A stretch of 64,000 bases of DNA from an uncultured Burkholderiales bacterium (GTDB taxonomy: Bacteria > Pseudomonadota > Gammaproteobacteria > Burkholderiales > Burkholderiaceae_C). Positions 27,641 to 36,560 of this stretch are shown piece by piece. The stretch lies in contig CAIOTD010000169.1 in NCBI GenBank assembly GCA_903861115.1, forward strand, positions 669 through 64,668, in the 5' to 3' direction. How positions within the stretch are numbered: position 1 is the first letter of the stretch; the number at the start of each line of letters is the position of its first letter. Under the pieces are notes generated by a model. The model was not told where the DNA came from, did not search any database, and worked only from the letters and a program-made list of their open reading frames with translations. Position numbers and translations under genes: made by a program.

Positions 27641-27685
27641 TGCCCGCTCAGCAGACCCGCCTAGAGCGGCAGGTTGATCTTTGAA

Positions 27686-28687
27686 TTATTCGACTTTGAT
27701 GTTGACGGTTTTGATCAGCTTGTTCCATGCGGCCAAATCAGACACCACTTGAGCAGCAAACTCGTCCGGTGTATTGCCCACGGGCTCAATGGCGTCTGCG
27801 GCCAATCTTTCTTGAAAGTCGTGCCGTTTGATGATGGAGATCACGTCCGCATTGATTTTATGGACCAAGTCGCGGCTCATGCCGGGAGGGCCCATGAAAC
27901 CATACCAAGCTTCAACACGAAAACCAGGAAGCGTCTCAGCAATGGCAGGCACATTTGGCAAAGCCTTAGAGCGAACTGCGCTCGTGATACCGATAGGTTT
28001 TAATTTCCCACCCTTGATGAGCTGAATGGAGGCGGTGATGCCTCCAAAGATCAGGGGCACATGTCCAGCCATCACATCGTTGATGCCTTGACCAAAACCT
28101 TTGTAAGGAATGTGTGCAATGTTCACATCGGCCATGGACTTGACCATCTCCATGGACAAATGCTGTTGTCCGCCCGCCCCTGAGGAGGCATAGCTGATTT
28201 TACCGGGTTGCTGCTTGGCCAGGGCAATCAACTCCTTGACCGTGTTGGCAGGAAAACTGCTGTTGGCCAACATCACAAAGGGGCCAGAGGCCACATTGAC
28301 AATCGGCGTCAAATCTTTGACCGAATTGTAGGGTGCCGCATACAGGTTGGGGGCAATCGTGATGGATGCATCCGCGGCAAAGAGCAAGTTGTAGCCATCA
28401 GGCGTTGATTTGGCAATGTAGTCGGTTCCAATCATGCCGCTGGCACCTGTTTTATTCTCAACGATGACCGACTGCTTCCACAATGTACTGAGTTCTTGGG
28501 CCAAAATCCGACCATAAATATCTGGCGTGCCTCCAGGTGGGAAGGTCACAATGACTTTGACGGGTTTATTGGGGTAAGACTGAACTTGTGCAAGCAAAGG
28601 GGCTGAGACGAGAAAAGCCAAGCTCGCGCCAAGGGCCATCAGTCCATGTTGTAAAAAACGTTTGTTCATCGAATTTATAGCATTCAA
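27686..28687 (-). CDS. Bug/TctC-family substrate-binding protein
   Basis: 333 aa. Signal peptide ...LMALGASLAFLVSAPLLAQ. Motif VTFPPGGTPDIYGR...ENKTGASG. Its start lies 3 nt after the stop of the upstream hydrolase gene. Confidence 0.9.
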   Translation of the reverse strand: MNAINSMNKRFLQHGLMALGASLAFLVSAPLLAQVQSYPNKPVKVIVTFPPGGTPDIYGRILAQELSTLWKQSVIVENKTGASGMIGTDYIAKSTPDGYNLLFAADASITIAPNLYAAPYNSVKDLTPIVNVASGPFVMLANSSFPANTVKELIALAKQQPGKISYASSGAGGQQHLSMEMVKSMADVNIAHIPYKGFGQGINDVMAGHVPLIFGGITASIQLIKGGKLKPIGITSAVRSKALPNVPAIAETLPGFRVEAWYGFMGPPGMSRDLVHKINADVISIIKRHDFQERLAADAIEPVGNTPDEFAAQVVSDLAAWNKLIKTVNIKVE

Positions 28688-28690
28688 GAT

Positions 28691-29917
28691 TTAAGGGGTT
28701 AAGGGTTTCCAGCCAGAGCTCTCAAGCAAGCGCAACTCCCAAGGAATGATGATCTTGGAGAATATCACAGGATCGGTCCATCCTTTGACCTCTCGGCCCA
28801 AGTGCCCACCGAGTGGATTGACCCAAAAATCTTTGGGTCGATCACCAGAGCTCATGAGCATTTGAATGTCACTCAATAGCACTTGTGTGTCTTTGGCACC
28901 GGCCAGCACCAACATCTGCGTGGTGGGTTTGTCCAAAAGACCTTGGGCCTTCAAAGACATCTTGGGTGCAAAGGCCAGCAATTGCTCCAAAGTGCTGACG
29001 CCCTCATAGACATTTAAACTGGCCGGTAAATAATCAAACAAGTATTCAGGCGTGCTCAACTTCTTGGCGATGAACGCCGATGAGAAGGTTTGATCCACGG
29101 GGGGCGACTGGGCAACAGAGCCCAAAAGTCTTGCTTTTTCTACAATCGCCATTTTGGCCCCCCAGTAAGCCCCAAAGCTCACCCCCGAGAAAATGATGCG
29201 TTTGGCATCGATCTCGGTGCGCCCAGTCAAGTAATCGATGCAAGCAGAGAGCATGCGCTCGGCGTTCGGGCTGACTTTGACGGGCGCTTGACCCGTCCCA
29301 GGGCCATCGGTCACAAAGACACCCACCCCTTTAGACAAAATCTCAGCGTAGCTTTCAAAAACCGTCTCTTTGCGGCTGTCCAAGCCGTTGACTGCAAACA
29401 CCAAAGGCACGGGAGTGCGAGCATTTTTAGGCAAACGCAAATAACCCGTGATTTCTTTCCCTTCAAAAGGTATTTTGACCACCTCCAGCGGTGGATCAAA
29501 GCTTTTCGCATACTGCAAATAAGCGCTCAAGGCCTTCTCATAGGCGAGTTGTTTGCCTTTGGAGGTTGGCGCGGGCCATTGACCAAAATAATAGATCCGC
29601 CAAGCCCGTTTGTACAACTGACTGGCCGCCTGCGCGTCTTGCGTGCTTTTGGCTTGCTCCATGTATTGATCAGCCACTTGGATCCAGGCCTGCGCCCACT
29701 CATCGGGATTTCTGGTTTTGATCAAGGACAATCCCTTTTGCACGTCCTGGACATCCAAGCCCCCCAAGGGATAGGCGCCCCTTTGTGCGCGAAGCAAAGA
29801 CTCCGCCTTGATCTCTTCAATGTTTCGATCCGTGACCTGTGCGAGAAGACAAGGCGTCTGAAAAAACATCCAAAAGCACAGGCAAGCAATGAAAAAAACT
29901 CTGAACGTATGTTTCAT
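28691..29917 (-). CDS. Secreted alpha/beta hydrolase (FrsA/DUF1100-like esterase)
   Basis: The track ORF extends to 30046. ATG 29917 gives the signal peptide MKHTFRVFFIACLCFWMFFQTPCLLAQ. Nucleophile elbow FSGVSFGAYWG. Confidence 0.75.
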   Translation of the reverse strand: MKHTFRVFFIACLCFWMFFQTPCLLAQVTDRNIEEIKAESLLRAQRGAYPLGGLDVQDVQKGLSLIKTRNPDEWAQAWIQVADQYMEQAKSTQDAQAASQLYKRAWRIYYFGQWPAPTSKGKQLAYEKALSAYLQYAKSFDPPLEVVKIPFEGKEITGYLRLPKNARTPVPLVFAVNGLDSRKETVFESYAEILSKGVGVFVTDGPGTGQAPVKVSPNAERMLSACIDYLTGRTEIDAKRIIFSGVSFGAYWGAKMAIVEKARLLGSVAQSPPVDQTFSSAFIAKKLSTPEYLFDYLPASLNVYEGVSTLEQLLAFAPKMSLKAQGLLDKPTTQMLVLAGAKDTQVLLSDIQMLMSSGDRPKDFWVNPLGGHLGREVKGWTDPVIFSKIIIPWELRLLESSGWKPLTP

Positions 29918-30075
29918 GGGTATGATGGATGAAAGTAGTGAAAGATCTGAACGCCCAAAGGGGGCATCGCTTGTGTTTGAGCTTATTGGATTTAAACCAT
30001 GCACTTGGTCAGCATTAACCCTAAAATCATTTCGCCCCCAGATCATGGGTGCCTGACATGGACGGGCATTGCGCC

Positions 30076-30396
30076 ATGAGGGGACGCTATTGTGTGTACG
30101 TCATTGAGCTATCGAAAGATGTGCTTTATGAAAACAAGTTCAAAAAAGCCAATCCGGACTATGTCACAGGTCAACCCTGCGTCTATGTGGGCATGACGGG
30201 TTTGGACCCGGACATCCGCTTTGACAAACACAAGGCCGGTATTCAATCCAACAAATATGCCCAAACCTATGGGCTCAGATTGATGCCAGAGATCTATGAA
30301 AAATACAATCCCATGCCCTATGGGGATGCGCAATACATGGAAGTAGACATGGCCATTCGACTCAAAGCGCTGGGCTTTGGTGTTTGGCAAGCGTAA
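30076..30396 (+). CDS. Small GIY-YIG-like (URI-domain-like) protein, uncharacterised
   Basis: The track ORF starts at GTG 30049, with in-frame ATGs at 30058 and 30076. CVYVIEL...CVYVGMTG...RFDKHKAG resembles the GIY...YIG...R...H layout. This assignment is tentative. Confidence 0.45.
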   Translation: MRGRYCVYVIELSKDVLYENKFKKANPDYVTGQPCVYVGMTGLDPDIRFDKHKAGIQSNKYAQTYGLRLMPEIYEKYNPMPYGDAQYMEVDMAIRLKALGFGVWQA

Positions 30397-30423
30397 GAGG
30401 CAGGACCAGGCTGCAGGGGCCGT

Positions 30424-30825
30424 TCAATGCTCCAGCCTGGATTGACAGTTTAAACAAAAGGGTGCCTCAGGGGCCACTTGCAAACGTCTTAGCGCAATGG
30501 TCTCGCCGCAATCAAGACACACCCCATAGATGCCCAATTCAATTCTTTTCAAAGCTTGGTCGATGGATTGCATCTCCTTTAATTCAAACTCTTGCCTGGC
30601 ATAGATATCTTCCTTCAAGCTGATCTTTTGAGCATGCTCGAGCTCGGTTTGCTCGATCGCCAAGCTCTGTACGGTAAAGGCAGATTGGGCAGAATCGACT
30701 TCTTTGGCCTCGGATGGGTGAAGCCTCTCGAGCATGGAGGCTCTCATCTTAAGGAGCTGAGCTTCTTGTTGGCGCAGATCAATTTCAGTCATTTTGTGCT
30801 TTCTGGATCTTGGTGAGTTCATCAT
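30424..30825 (-). CDS. TraR/DksA-family C4 zinc-finger protein
   Basis: 133 aa. Coiled-coil N-half, then CLDCGETIALRRLQVAPEAPFCLNC (CxxC-x17-CxxC). Confidence 0.8.
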   Translation of the reverse strand: MMNSPRSRKHKMTEIDLRQQEAQLLKMRASMLERLHPSEAKEVDSAQSAFTVQSLAIEQTELEHAQKISLKEDIYARQEFELKEMQSIDQALKRIELGIYGVCLDCGETIALRRLQVAPEAPFCLNCQSRLEH

Positions 30826-30980
30826 GGTTCAATCCCTGAGCGCTGGCCTTGACTTAAATCAACTGTCGCCAAAGAAAAGACTAAAATGCAAAAGGATCGT
30901 CCCTGTCGAGCGCTATACATCCCGTGCCTTCAATTGCAGGGCTGGCCCACCCCTTCTGAACTCAACAACAAAAAATTACC

Positions 30981-31898
30981 ATGAGCAAGTCAAGCACTGA
31001 GCCCAAAAAAACACTCTCACTCTTGGCGTTTGCTACGCTCTTGCTGGTCGCATTTTTGATGGGATCCAACCATGTGGCGGCAAGAATTGCATTCAACAAC
31101 GGCCTGGATGTTTCAACGGCAGTGGTCGTTCGAAGCGTCTTTACCGCACTCGTTGTGACTGGATTGATCTACTTTCAAAAAATCCCACTCGCCATCACAA
31201 GTCGACACTGGAAACTTTTGCCCCTCATTGGATTGGTGATTGGCGTGCAAAGTGCGGCGCTGTACACCTCCGTGGCCAAACTGCCCGTCTCCTTGGCTTT
31301 GCTCACTTTCAACAGCTACCCGCTGTGGACCGCTTTTTGGGCCAAGGTTTTGTATAAAAATGCGCCTGAAAAAATCGTTTTGCAATTGATGCCTGTCATG
31401 CTCCTGGGATTAGGCTTGGCGCTGGACATCACTGGCACAGCCTCTGGACTAGGCGCGAAGGCACAGTGGCAAGTGATTGGTGTGGGCGTCGCTTGTGCCA
31501 TGCTGGCCTCCGCTTGTTTTGGGCTGGCACTTGTGCTCATTCAATTTGAGACCAAAGGGCTGGATGGCCGCGTGAGAACAGCCTCCACCATGTGGATTGT
31601 CACTTTGCTTGCATTTGTTGCGACGCAAAGCATGGGGGCGTTTCAATGGCCCAACGCCATGCAAGGGTGGCTGGGCTTGCTGGGTCTGTGCATCTTTTAT
31701 GCAAGTGGCATCACCATCATGTTCACCGTTTTGCCAAAGCTTGGCGTGGTTGGCAACTCTGCCATTTTGAATTTGGAGCCCATCTTTGCATTGGTCATGG
31801 CTTGGCTCATTTTGTCTCAATCCATTTCTGCACTTCAAATCTTCGGCGCCTTCATCGTGGTGGGGGTCGTTGTACGACTTGGTATGCGAAAAAACTAA
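30981..31898 (+). CDS. DMT-superfamily (EamA-like) transporter
   Basis: 305 aa with about 10 hydrophobic segments arranged as two EamA-type halves. Confidence 0.8.
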   Translation: MSKSSTEPKKTLSLLAFATLLLVAFLMGSNHVAARIAFNNGLDVSTAVVVRSVFTALVVTGLIYFQKIPLAITSRHWKLLPLIGLVIGVQSAALYTSVAKLPVSLALLTFNSYPLWTAFWAKVLYKNAPEKIVLQLMPVMLLGLGLALDITGTASGLGAKAQWQVIGVGVACAMLASACFGLALVLIQFETKGLDGRVRTASTMWIVTLLAFVATQSMGAFQWPNAMQGWLGLLGLCIFYASGITIMFTVLPKLGVVGNSAILNLEPIFALVMAWLILSQSISALQIFGAFIVVGVVVRLGMRKN

Positions 31899-31910
31899 CA
31901 GGACTCGACC

Positions 31911-32261
31911 TTGAAGCCCCCTTACAACGCCCTGCTCCACACCAAATGCTTGGGTCTGGTTTTAAGCCTTTTCTTGGCCTGCGCTAGCTTGGCACAAGAT
32001 GCACAAAAGTGCGCCACACAGGCCAACATCACCAAAGAGATTGCAGAGCTCAAGCAGCGAGGCCTCTCTCGAGGGGAGATCAAGCAAAACCTGATAGAGA
32101 TCATGAAACTCAAGAACAACTCTGCGGACACGCTCAACGAATGGATGCAAAATTTGGAGTGGCTTTATCAAAGAGAGAATGTGCGATTAAGTCCCGCGCA
32201 AGTTCAAGACAAACGACTCAACGAATGCAAACGTGAGCTGGGTATCATTGACTGGAAATGA
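31911..32261 (+). CDS. Small secreted/lipoprotein-like hypothetical protein
   Basis: 116 aa with a TTG start 13 nt after the DMT stop and AGGA upstream. Signal-like LGLVLSLFLACASLAQ. No recognisable family. Confidence 0.35.
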   Translation: MKPPYNALLHTKCLGLVLSLFLACASLAQDAQKCATQANITKEIAELKQRGLSRGEIKQNLIEIMKLKNNSADTLNEWMQNLEWLYQRENVRLSPAQVQDKRLNECKRELGIIDWK

Positions 32262-32298
32262 ATTGCTTTTGAACTGCGATTGAACAGCATCGAACAAA

Positions 32299-33933
32299 CT
32301 AAGTCGCCTCGGCGCGCTTTCGGAGCTCAAACTTTTGTATCTTCCCTGTGGAGGTCTTGGGGATCGCCTCAAAGCGGAAATCCTTGGGAACCTTGTAGTT
32401 GGCCAAGAGGGCCTTGCAATGCGCTCTCAAGTCCTCGGCACTGACTTGTTCACCTGTTTTAAGCTCGATGTACGCCACGGGCGTCTCACCCCACTTCTCA
32501 TCGGGCTTGGCCACCACAGCACAGGCCATGACAGCCGGGTGTCGGTACAAAGCGTCCTCCACCTCGAGAGAGCTGATGTTTTCCCCACCCGAGATGATGA
32601 TGTCTTTGCTTCGGTCTTTGATCTTCAAATACCGGTCACTCTCCATGATGGCCAAGTCACCGGTGTGAAACCACCCCCCCTCAAAGGCCTTTCTTGTGGC
32701 TTGTGGGTTTTTTAAATAGCCTTTCATCACAATATTGCCCCTGAACATGATCTCTCCCATGGTCTGCCCATCTGCGGGCAAATCCTCCATGCTCTGGGAA
32801 TCTTTGAGGGTCATGCCTTCTTGCAACACATACCTCACCCCCTGACGTGCATTGAGCCTGGTTTGCTCAGACAAGGATTCTTTTGCCCAGGCGTTTCGCT
32901 TGGCGGCAACGCCGGCTGGGCCGTAAACCTCTGTCAAACCGTAAACATGGGTGATGTCAAAGCCAATCTTGGCCATGCCCTCAATCATGGCCGCGGGTGG
33001 TGCAGCCCCAGCCACCATGGCTTTGACAGAATGCCCAATACCGTCACGCAAGGATTGTGGGGCGGCCAGTATGAGATTGTGAACGATGGGTGCCGCGCAG
33101 TAGTGATCCACTTTGTGCTCTGCAATGGCGCTCAAAATGTGTTGCGCATCGACTCGCCTTAAACACACGTGCGTGCCACCCAGCATGGCGACCGTCCAAG
33201 GAAAGCACCATCCATTGCAGTGAAACATGGGCAAAGTCCACAAATACACCAAAAAATGCGGCAATGTCCATGTGCTTGAGTGACAGACTGCATTCAAATA
33301 CGCACCTCTATGATGCGTCACCACCCCTTTGGGGTCGCCTGTCGTGCCCGAGGTATAACTCACGGCAATGGCATCCCACTCATCTGCGGGGCCTTCAAGC
33401 AATGTCAAAGGCTCATGAGCGTCCAACAAGCTTTCATACTCCCAAGTTCCAAGCCTCTCGCCCGGCTCGTGGTATTCGGAATCACACACATCGATCACTT
33501 TGAGCTCGCGATTGAAATCGCGTTTTAAAATATCAAGCGCCACCTTGATGGTCGAAGAAAATTCCAAATCCGTGATCAATACAGAGGACTCACAATGGTT
33601 CAATTGCCAAGCAATCAATTGAGGATCCAGTCGCGTATTGAGCGTGTTGAGCACCGCATTGATGGCTGGCACCGCGTAGTGAGCTTCAATCATCTCAGGC
33701 GTGTTGGAGAGCATGACACTGACGGTTTGATTTTTACCCACGCCCAGGTGCTTTAATGCGGCACCCAACTGAGCTGAGCGATTCCTGCACTGCAACCATG
33801 TGTAGCGTCTTTTGCCGTGAATGACAGCCGTTAGATCGCCATAAATCTCAGCGCTCCTTTCCACAAAGCTCACAGGAGACAATGGAACGTGATTGGCTTT
33901 ATTTTTTTCAAGATCAAGTTCAAAAATAGACAT
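32299..33933 (-). CDS. AMP-forming acyl-CoA synthetase (medium-chain/aryl type)
   Basis: 544 aa. AMP-binding motifs YTSGTTGDPKG, YGLTE and GWFHTGD, plus the C-terminal KTSTGKIQK Lys motif. Confidence 0.9.
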   Translation of the reverse strand: MSIFELDLEKNKANHVPLSPVSFVERSAEIYGDLTAVIHGKRRYTWLQCRNRSAQLGAALKHLGVGKNQTVSVMLSNTPEMIEAHYAVPAINAVLNTLNTRLDPQLIAWQLNHCESSVLITDLEFSSTIKVALDILKRDFNRELKVIDVCDSEYHEPGERLGTWEYESLLDAHEPLTLLEGPADEWDAIAVSYTSGTTGDPKGVVTHHRGAYLNAVCHSSTWTLPHFLVYLWTLPMFHCNGWCFPWTVAMLGGTHVCLRRVDAQHILSAIAEHKVDHYCAAPIVHNLILAAPQSLRDGIGHSVKAMVAGAAPPAAMIEGMAKIGFDITHVYGLTEVYGPAGVAAKRNAWAKESLSEQTRLNARQGVRYVLQEGMTLKDSQSMEDLPADGQTMGEIMFRGNIVMKGYLKNPQATRKAFEGGWFHTGDLAIMESDRYLKIKDRSKDIIISGGENISSLEVEDALYRHPAVMACAVVAKPDEKWGETPVAYIELKTGEQVSAEDLRAHCKALLANYKVPKDFRFEAIPKTSTGKIQKFELRKRAEAT

Positions 33934-34217
33934 TTGAGCTCAGCTCCTTTGTGGACAGGTGAGAGATAAAAAAAGTTGAGTTTGACGTGGACAATTGAAA
34001 GGATTGTTGAACCAGGGTCTCTGAAGAGCGTCTCAAGTGCGTCGAGCCTCAAATGAAATCAATTCTAAAAAGCATTTCACCAAGACTCTAAACCATTTCC
34101 CAGGCCAAAACCATCATGGTTAATGGGTAGCCAGCCACTTTTTAACATCAAGCCATAGGGTTTAGACTGGGTGTGTTGGATTTAAAATATGGGCTTCTTT
34201 CGCTATAGGATTTCAAC

Positions 34218-34760
34218 ATGAAATGGGTCACCAGAGATTATGTTCACTTGGATAGAATGGCTTGCGTTTGGTTGATCAAACGCTTCGTGGACCCAGCCGC
34301 CTCCTTTAGTTTCATCCCTTGGGGCCAAGAGGACAGTCGACCCTTGGACCACGTCGCCTTCTCCATTCCCAACACGGAGTTGAGCCCTCACGATGCGAAC
34401 GGCACCACTTTTCAAAAAATACTCAAAAAACACCTGATCCATGACAGTGCGCTTGAAGAGTTGGCCAGCGTGATTCAAAAAGGGGTCGACCACGTGCTGC
34501 ATGACTACCAACCCTCCAAGGAGGATGTCCACGGACAAATTGCAGTGGGTTTGCTTGCCGTGTCAGAAGGCTTGATGCTCAGCCATCTGAGCGATGAAGC
34601 GGTGATCAAAGCCAATACACCGATCTATGACGCTTTGTATGACAATTTTAAAGTTCACGCCATTGTCAAAAGAAGCGGTCAAACCATTCCCCCCAGCAAT
34701 GGGCTGGGTCCCACCTTGGCGACCCAATTCCTCAGGCGAGTGCTCAAAGAGAACCCCTAA
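34218..34760 (+). CDS. ChrB-C-terminal-domain (chromate-resistance-like) protein
   Basis: 180 aa. MKWVTRDYVHLDRMACVWLIKRFVDPAASFSFI matches the conserved start of the Chrome_Resist domain. Confidence 0.7.
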   Translation: MKWVTRDYVHLDRMACVWLIKRFVDPAASFSFIPWGQEDSRPLDHVAFSIPNTELSPHDANGTTFQKILKKHLIHDSALEELASVIQKGVDHVLHDYQPSKEDVHGQIAVGLLAVSEGLMLSHLSDEAVIKANTPIYDALYDNFKVHAIVKRSGQTIPPSNGLGPTLATQFLRRVLKENP

Positions 34761-34774
34761 GCCTGCAGGCGTGC

Positions 34775-35557
34775 TCAACTAAAAACCATGCCCCCATCAA
34801 CGTGAATGCTTTGACCCGTGATGCCTGAGGCATCCTCACTGGCCAAAAAGACGGCCATTTTGGCAATTTCATCGGGTCGCATGACACGACCCAAAGGAAT
34901 ACGACCCAAAGCCGCGCTGTAAAACGCCTCTTGACTCATCCCAGCGCTTTGAGATGCACTCGACTTCAAATCCTCCAGCATGGGGGTTTGAACAAAACCT
35001 GGACAAATCGCATTGACGGTGATTGCATGCGAGCCAAACTCCAAGGCCAAGCAACGGGTCAAACCAATCAATGCATGCTTGCTGGCGTTGTAAGCACTTT
35101 GGTTCTTGGAGCCCCACTTGCCTGCGGTTGAGGCCATGTTGATGATGCGGGGTGAAGCGCTTTGCTGCAAAAACTCATAAGAGGCCTGAACCATGTGAAC
35201 TGCGCCATAGACATTGACCGCCATCAACTGCTGGAAGTCATCGGTTGTGTGCTCCATAAAAGATTTAGATCGATAAATGCCCGCATTGTTCACCAAGACA
35301 TCGATACCGCCAAAGCGATCTGCACAGGCCCGGGCGGCTTGATCACAAGCCCCCTTGTCAACGACGTCCATCGGCACAATCATCACATCGCTTTGAGGCA
35401 AGTCCAACTCAAGCTGCAAGGCCTCCAGGGCTTTTTGTCCTCTAGAAATCAAACACAGCTTGGCGCCTTCTTTGGCAAAGCTTTTTGCCATCTCTAGGCC
35501 AATGCCCTGACTCGCTCCAGTGATGATGGCAACTTTTTTTTGCAGTCTCTTCGTCAC
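34775..35557 (-). CDS. SDR-family oxidoreductase (FabG-like)
   Basis: The track ORF extends to 35623. GTG 35557 (VTKRLQKKVAIITGASQGIG) gives the usual spacing to the TGxxxGIG motif. Also NNAG and the catalytic YNASKHAL. Confidence 0.85.
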   Translation of the reverse strand: MTKRLQKKVAIITGASQGIGLEMAKSFAKEGAKLCLISRGQKALEALQLELDLPQSDVMIVPMDVVDKGACDQAARACADRFGGIDVLVNNAGIYRSKSFMEHTTDDFQQLMAVNVYGAVHMVQASYEFLQQSASPRIINMASTAGKWGSKNQSAYNASKHALIGLTRCLALEFGSHAITVNAICPGFVQTPMLEDLKSSASQSAGMSQEAFYSAALGRIPLGRVMRPDEIAKMAVFLASEDASGITGQSIHVDGGMVFS

Positions 35558-35690
35558 AGGCTTCCCCCCGTTCACCTCTGCGAGGCTTCTATGTAGAATG
35601 AACCGTTTGCAAACACCTGCCACTGGCAGTGGTAATGCACAACGACCGAGCCCTCAGTTTAAACACGAAAACGCTTGCCTTGGAGCCTTG

Positions 35691-36488
35691 ATGACCAGAA
35701 AATTTGTGGACTTGTCCATCTTCTTAGAAAACGATGTGGTGAGCGACCCGCCAGCATTTGCGCCAAAAATCGATTACTTCTCCCACGAGAACACCTATGA
35801 GCAAATTGAGCCGTTTTTCCCAGGGCTCAAGAAAACCGACTTGCCTGATGGCGAAGGTTGGGCCGTTGAACGTGTTCAACTCTCCACTCACAATGGCACC
35901 CACTTAGATGCGCCCTACCACTTTCACTCAACCATGGATCAGTCTTTGGGAGAGAAAAAACCCGCCATTGCGATTGATCAAGTCCCCTTGGAGTGGTGCT
36001 TTCAACCAGCGGTCAAACTTGATTTTCGAGCGTTTCCTGATGGCTATGTCGTCACGGCCAAAGATGTTGAGACTGAACTAGAAAGAATTCAGCACACCTT
36101 AAAACCCTTAGAAATTGTTGTGATCAATACCAAAGCGGGCTCGCGCTATGGGCACAATGACTATGTTTCAAGTGGCTGCGGCATGGGCTATGAAGCCACG
36201 ATGTATCTTTTAGAGAAAGGCATCCGTTTGACGGGCACGGACGCTTGGAGCTGGGATGCGCCCTTTGTGCACACGGCCAAGAAATATGAAGCGACTCAAG
36301 ATGCCTCCTTGATCTGGGAAGGCCACAAAGCAGGTCGAGACATTGGTTACTGCCACATCGAGAAGCTGCACAATTTAGAGGTATTACCCGCCAACGGTTT
36401 TTTTATCAGCTGCTTTCCACACAAAATTAGAGGTGCCTCGGCAGGTTGGACACGCGCTGTTGCAATTTTTGATGAAAATCTCCGCTAG
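35691..36488 (+). CDS. Cyclase-family protein (kynurenine-formamidase-like metal hydrolase)
   Basis: The track ORF starts at 35520. ATG 35691 is preceded by tggag. Signature HNGTHLDAPYHF (HxGTHxDxPxH). Confidence 0.8.
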   Translation: MTRKFVDLSIFLENDVVSDPPAFAPKIDYFSHENTYEQIEPFFPGLKKTDLPDGEGWAVERVQLSTHNGTHLDAPYHFHSTMDQSLGEKKPAIAIDQVPLEWCFQPAVKLDFRAFPDGYVVTAKDVETELERIQHTLKPLEIVVINTKAGSRYGHNDYVSSGCGMGYEATMYLLEKGIRLTGTDAWSWDAPFVHTAKKYEATQDASLIWEGHKAGRDIGYCHIEKLHNLEVLPANGFFISCFPHKIRGASAGWTRAVAIFDENLR

Positions 36489-36560
36489 ACACAGGTGTCT
36501 TTGAGCCGGGTTCACCCAGTTTTGCAAGACCCGCCCCACCCCCCATGGATGGGGACGGTA

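Noticed and set aside
29090-29932. 280-aa plus-strand ORF
   Set aside because: It lies entirely antisense to the FrsA-like hydrolase gene, which has a signal peptide and a catalytic-serine elbow. The ORF has no motifs of its own.
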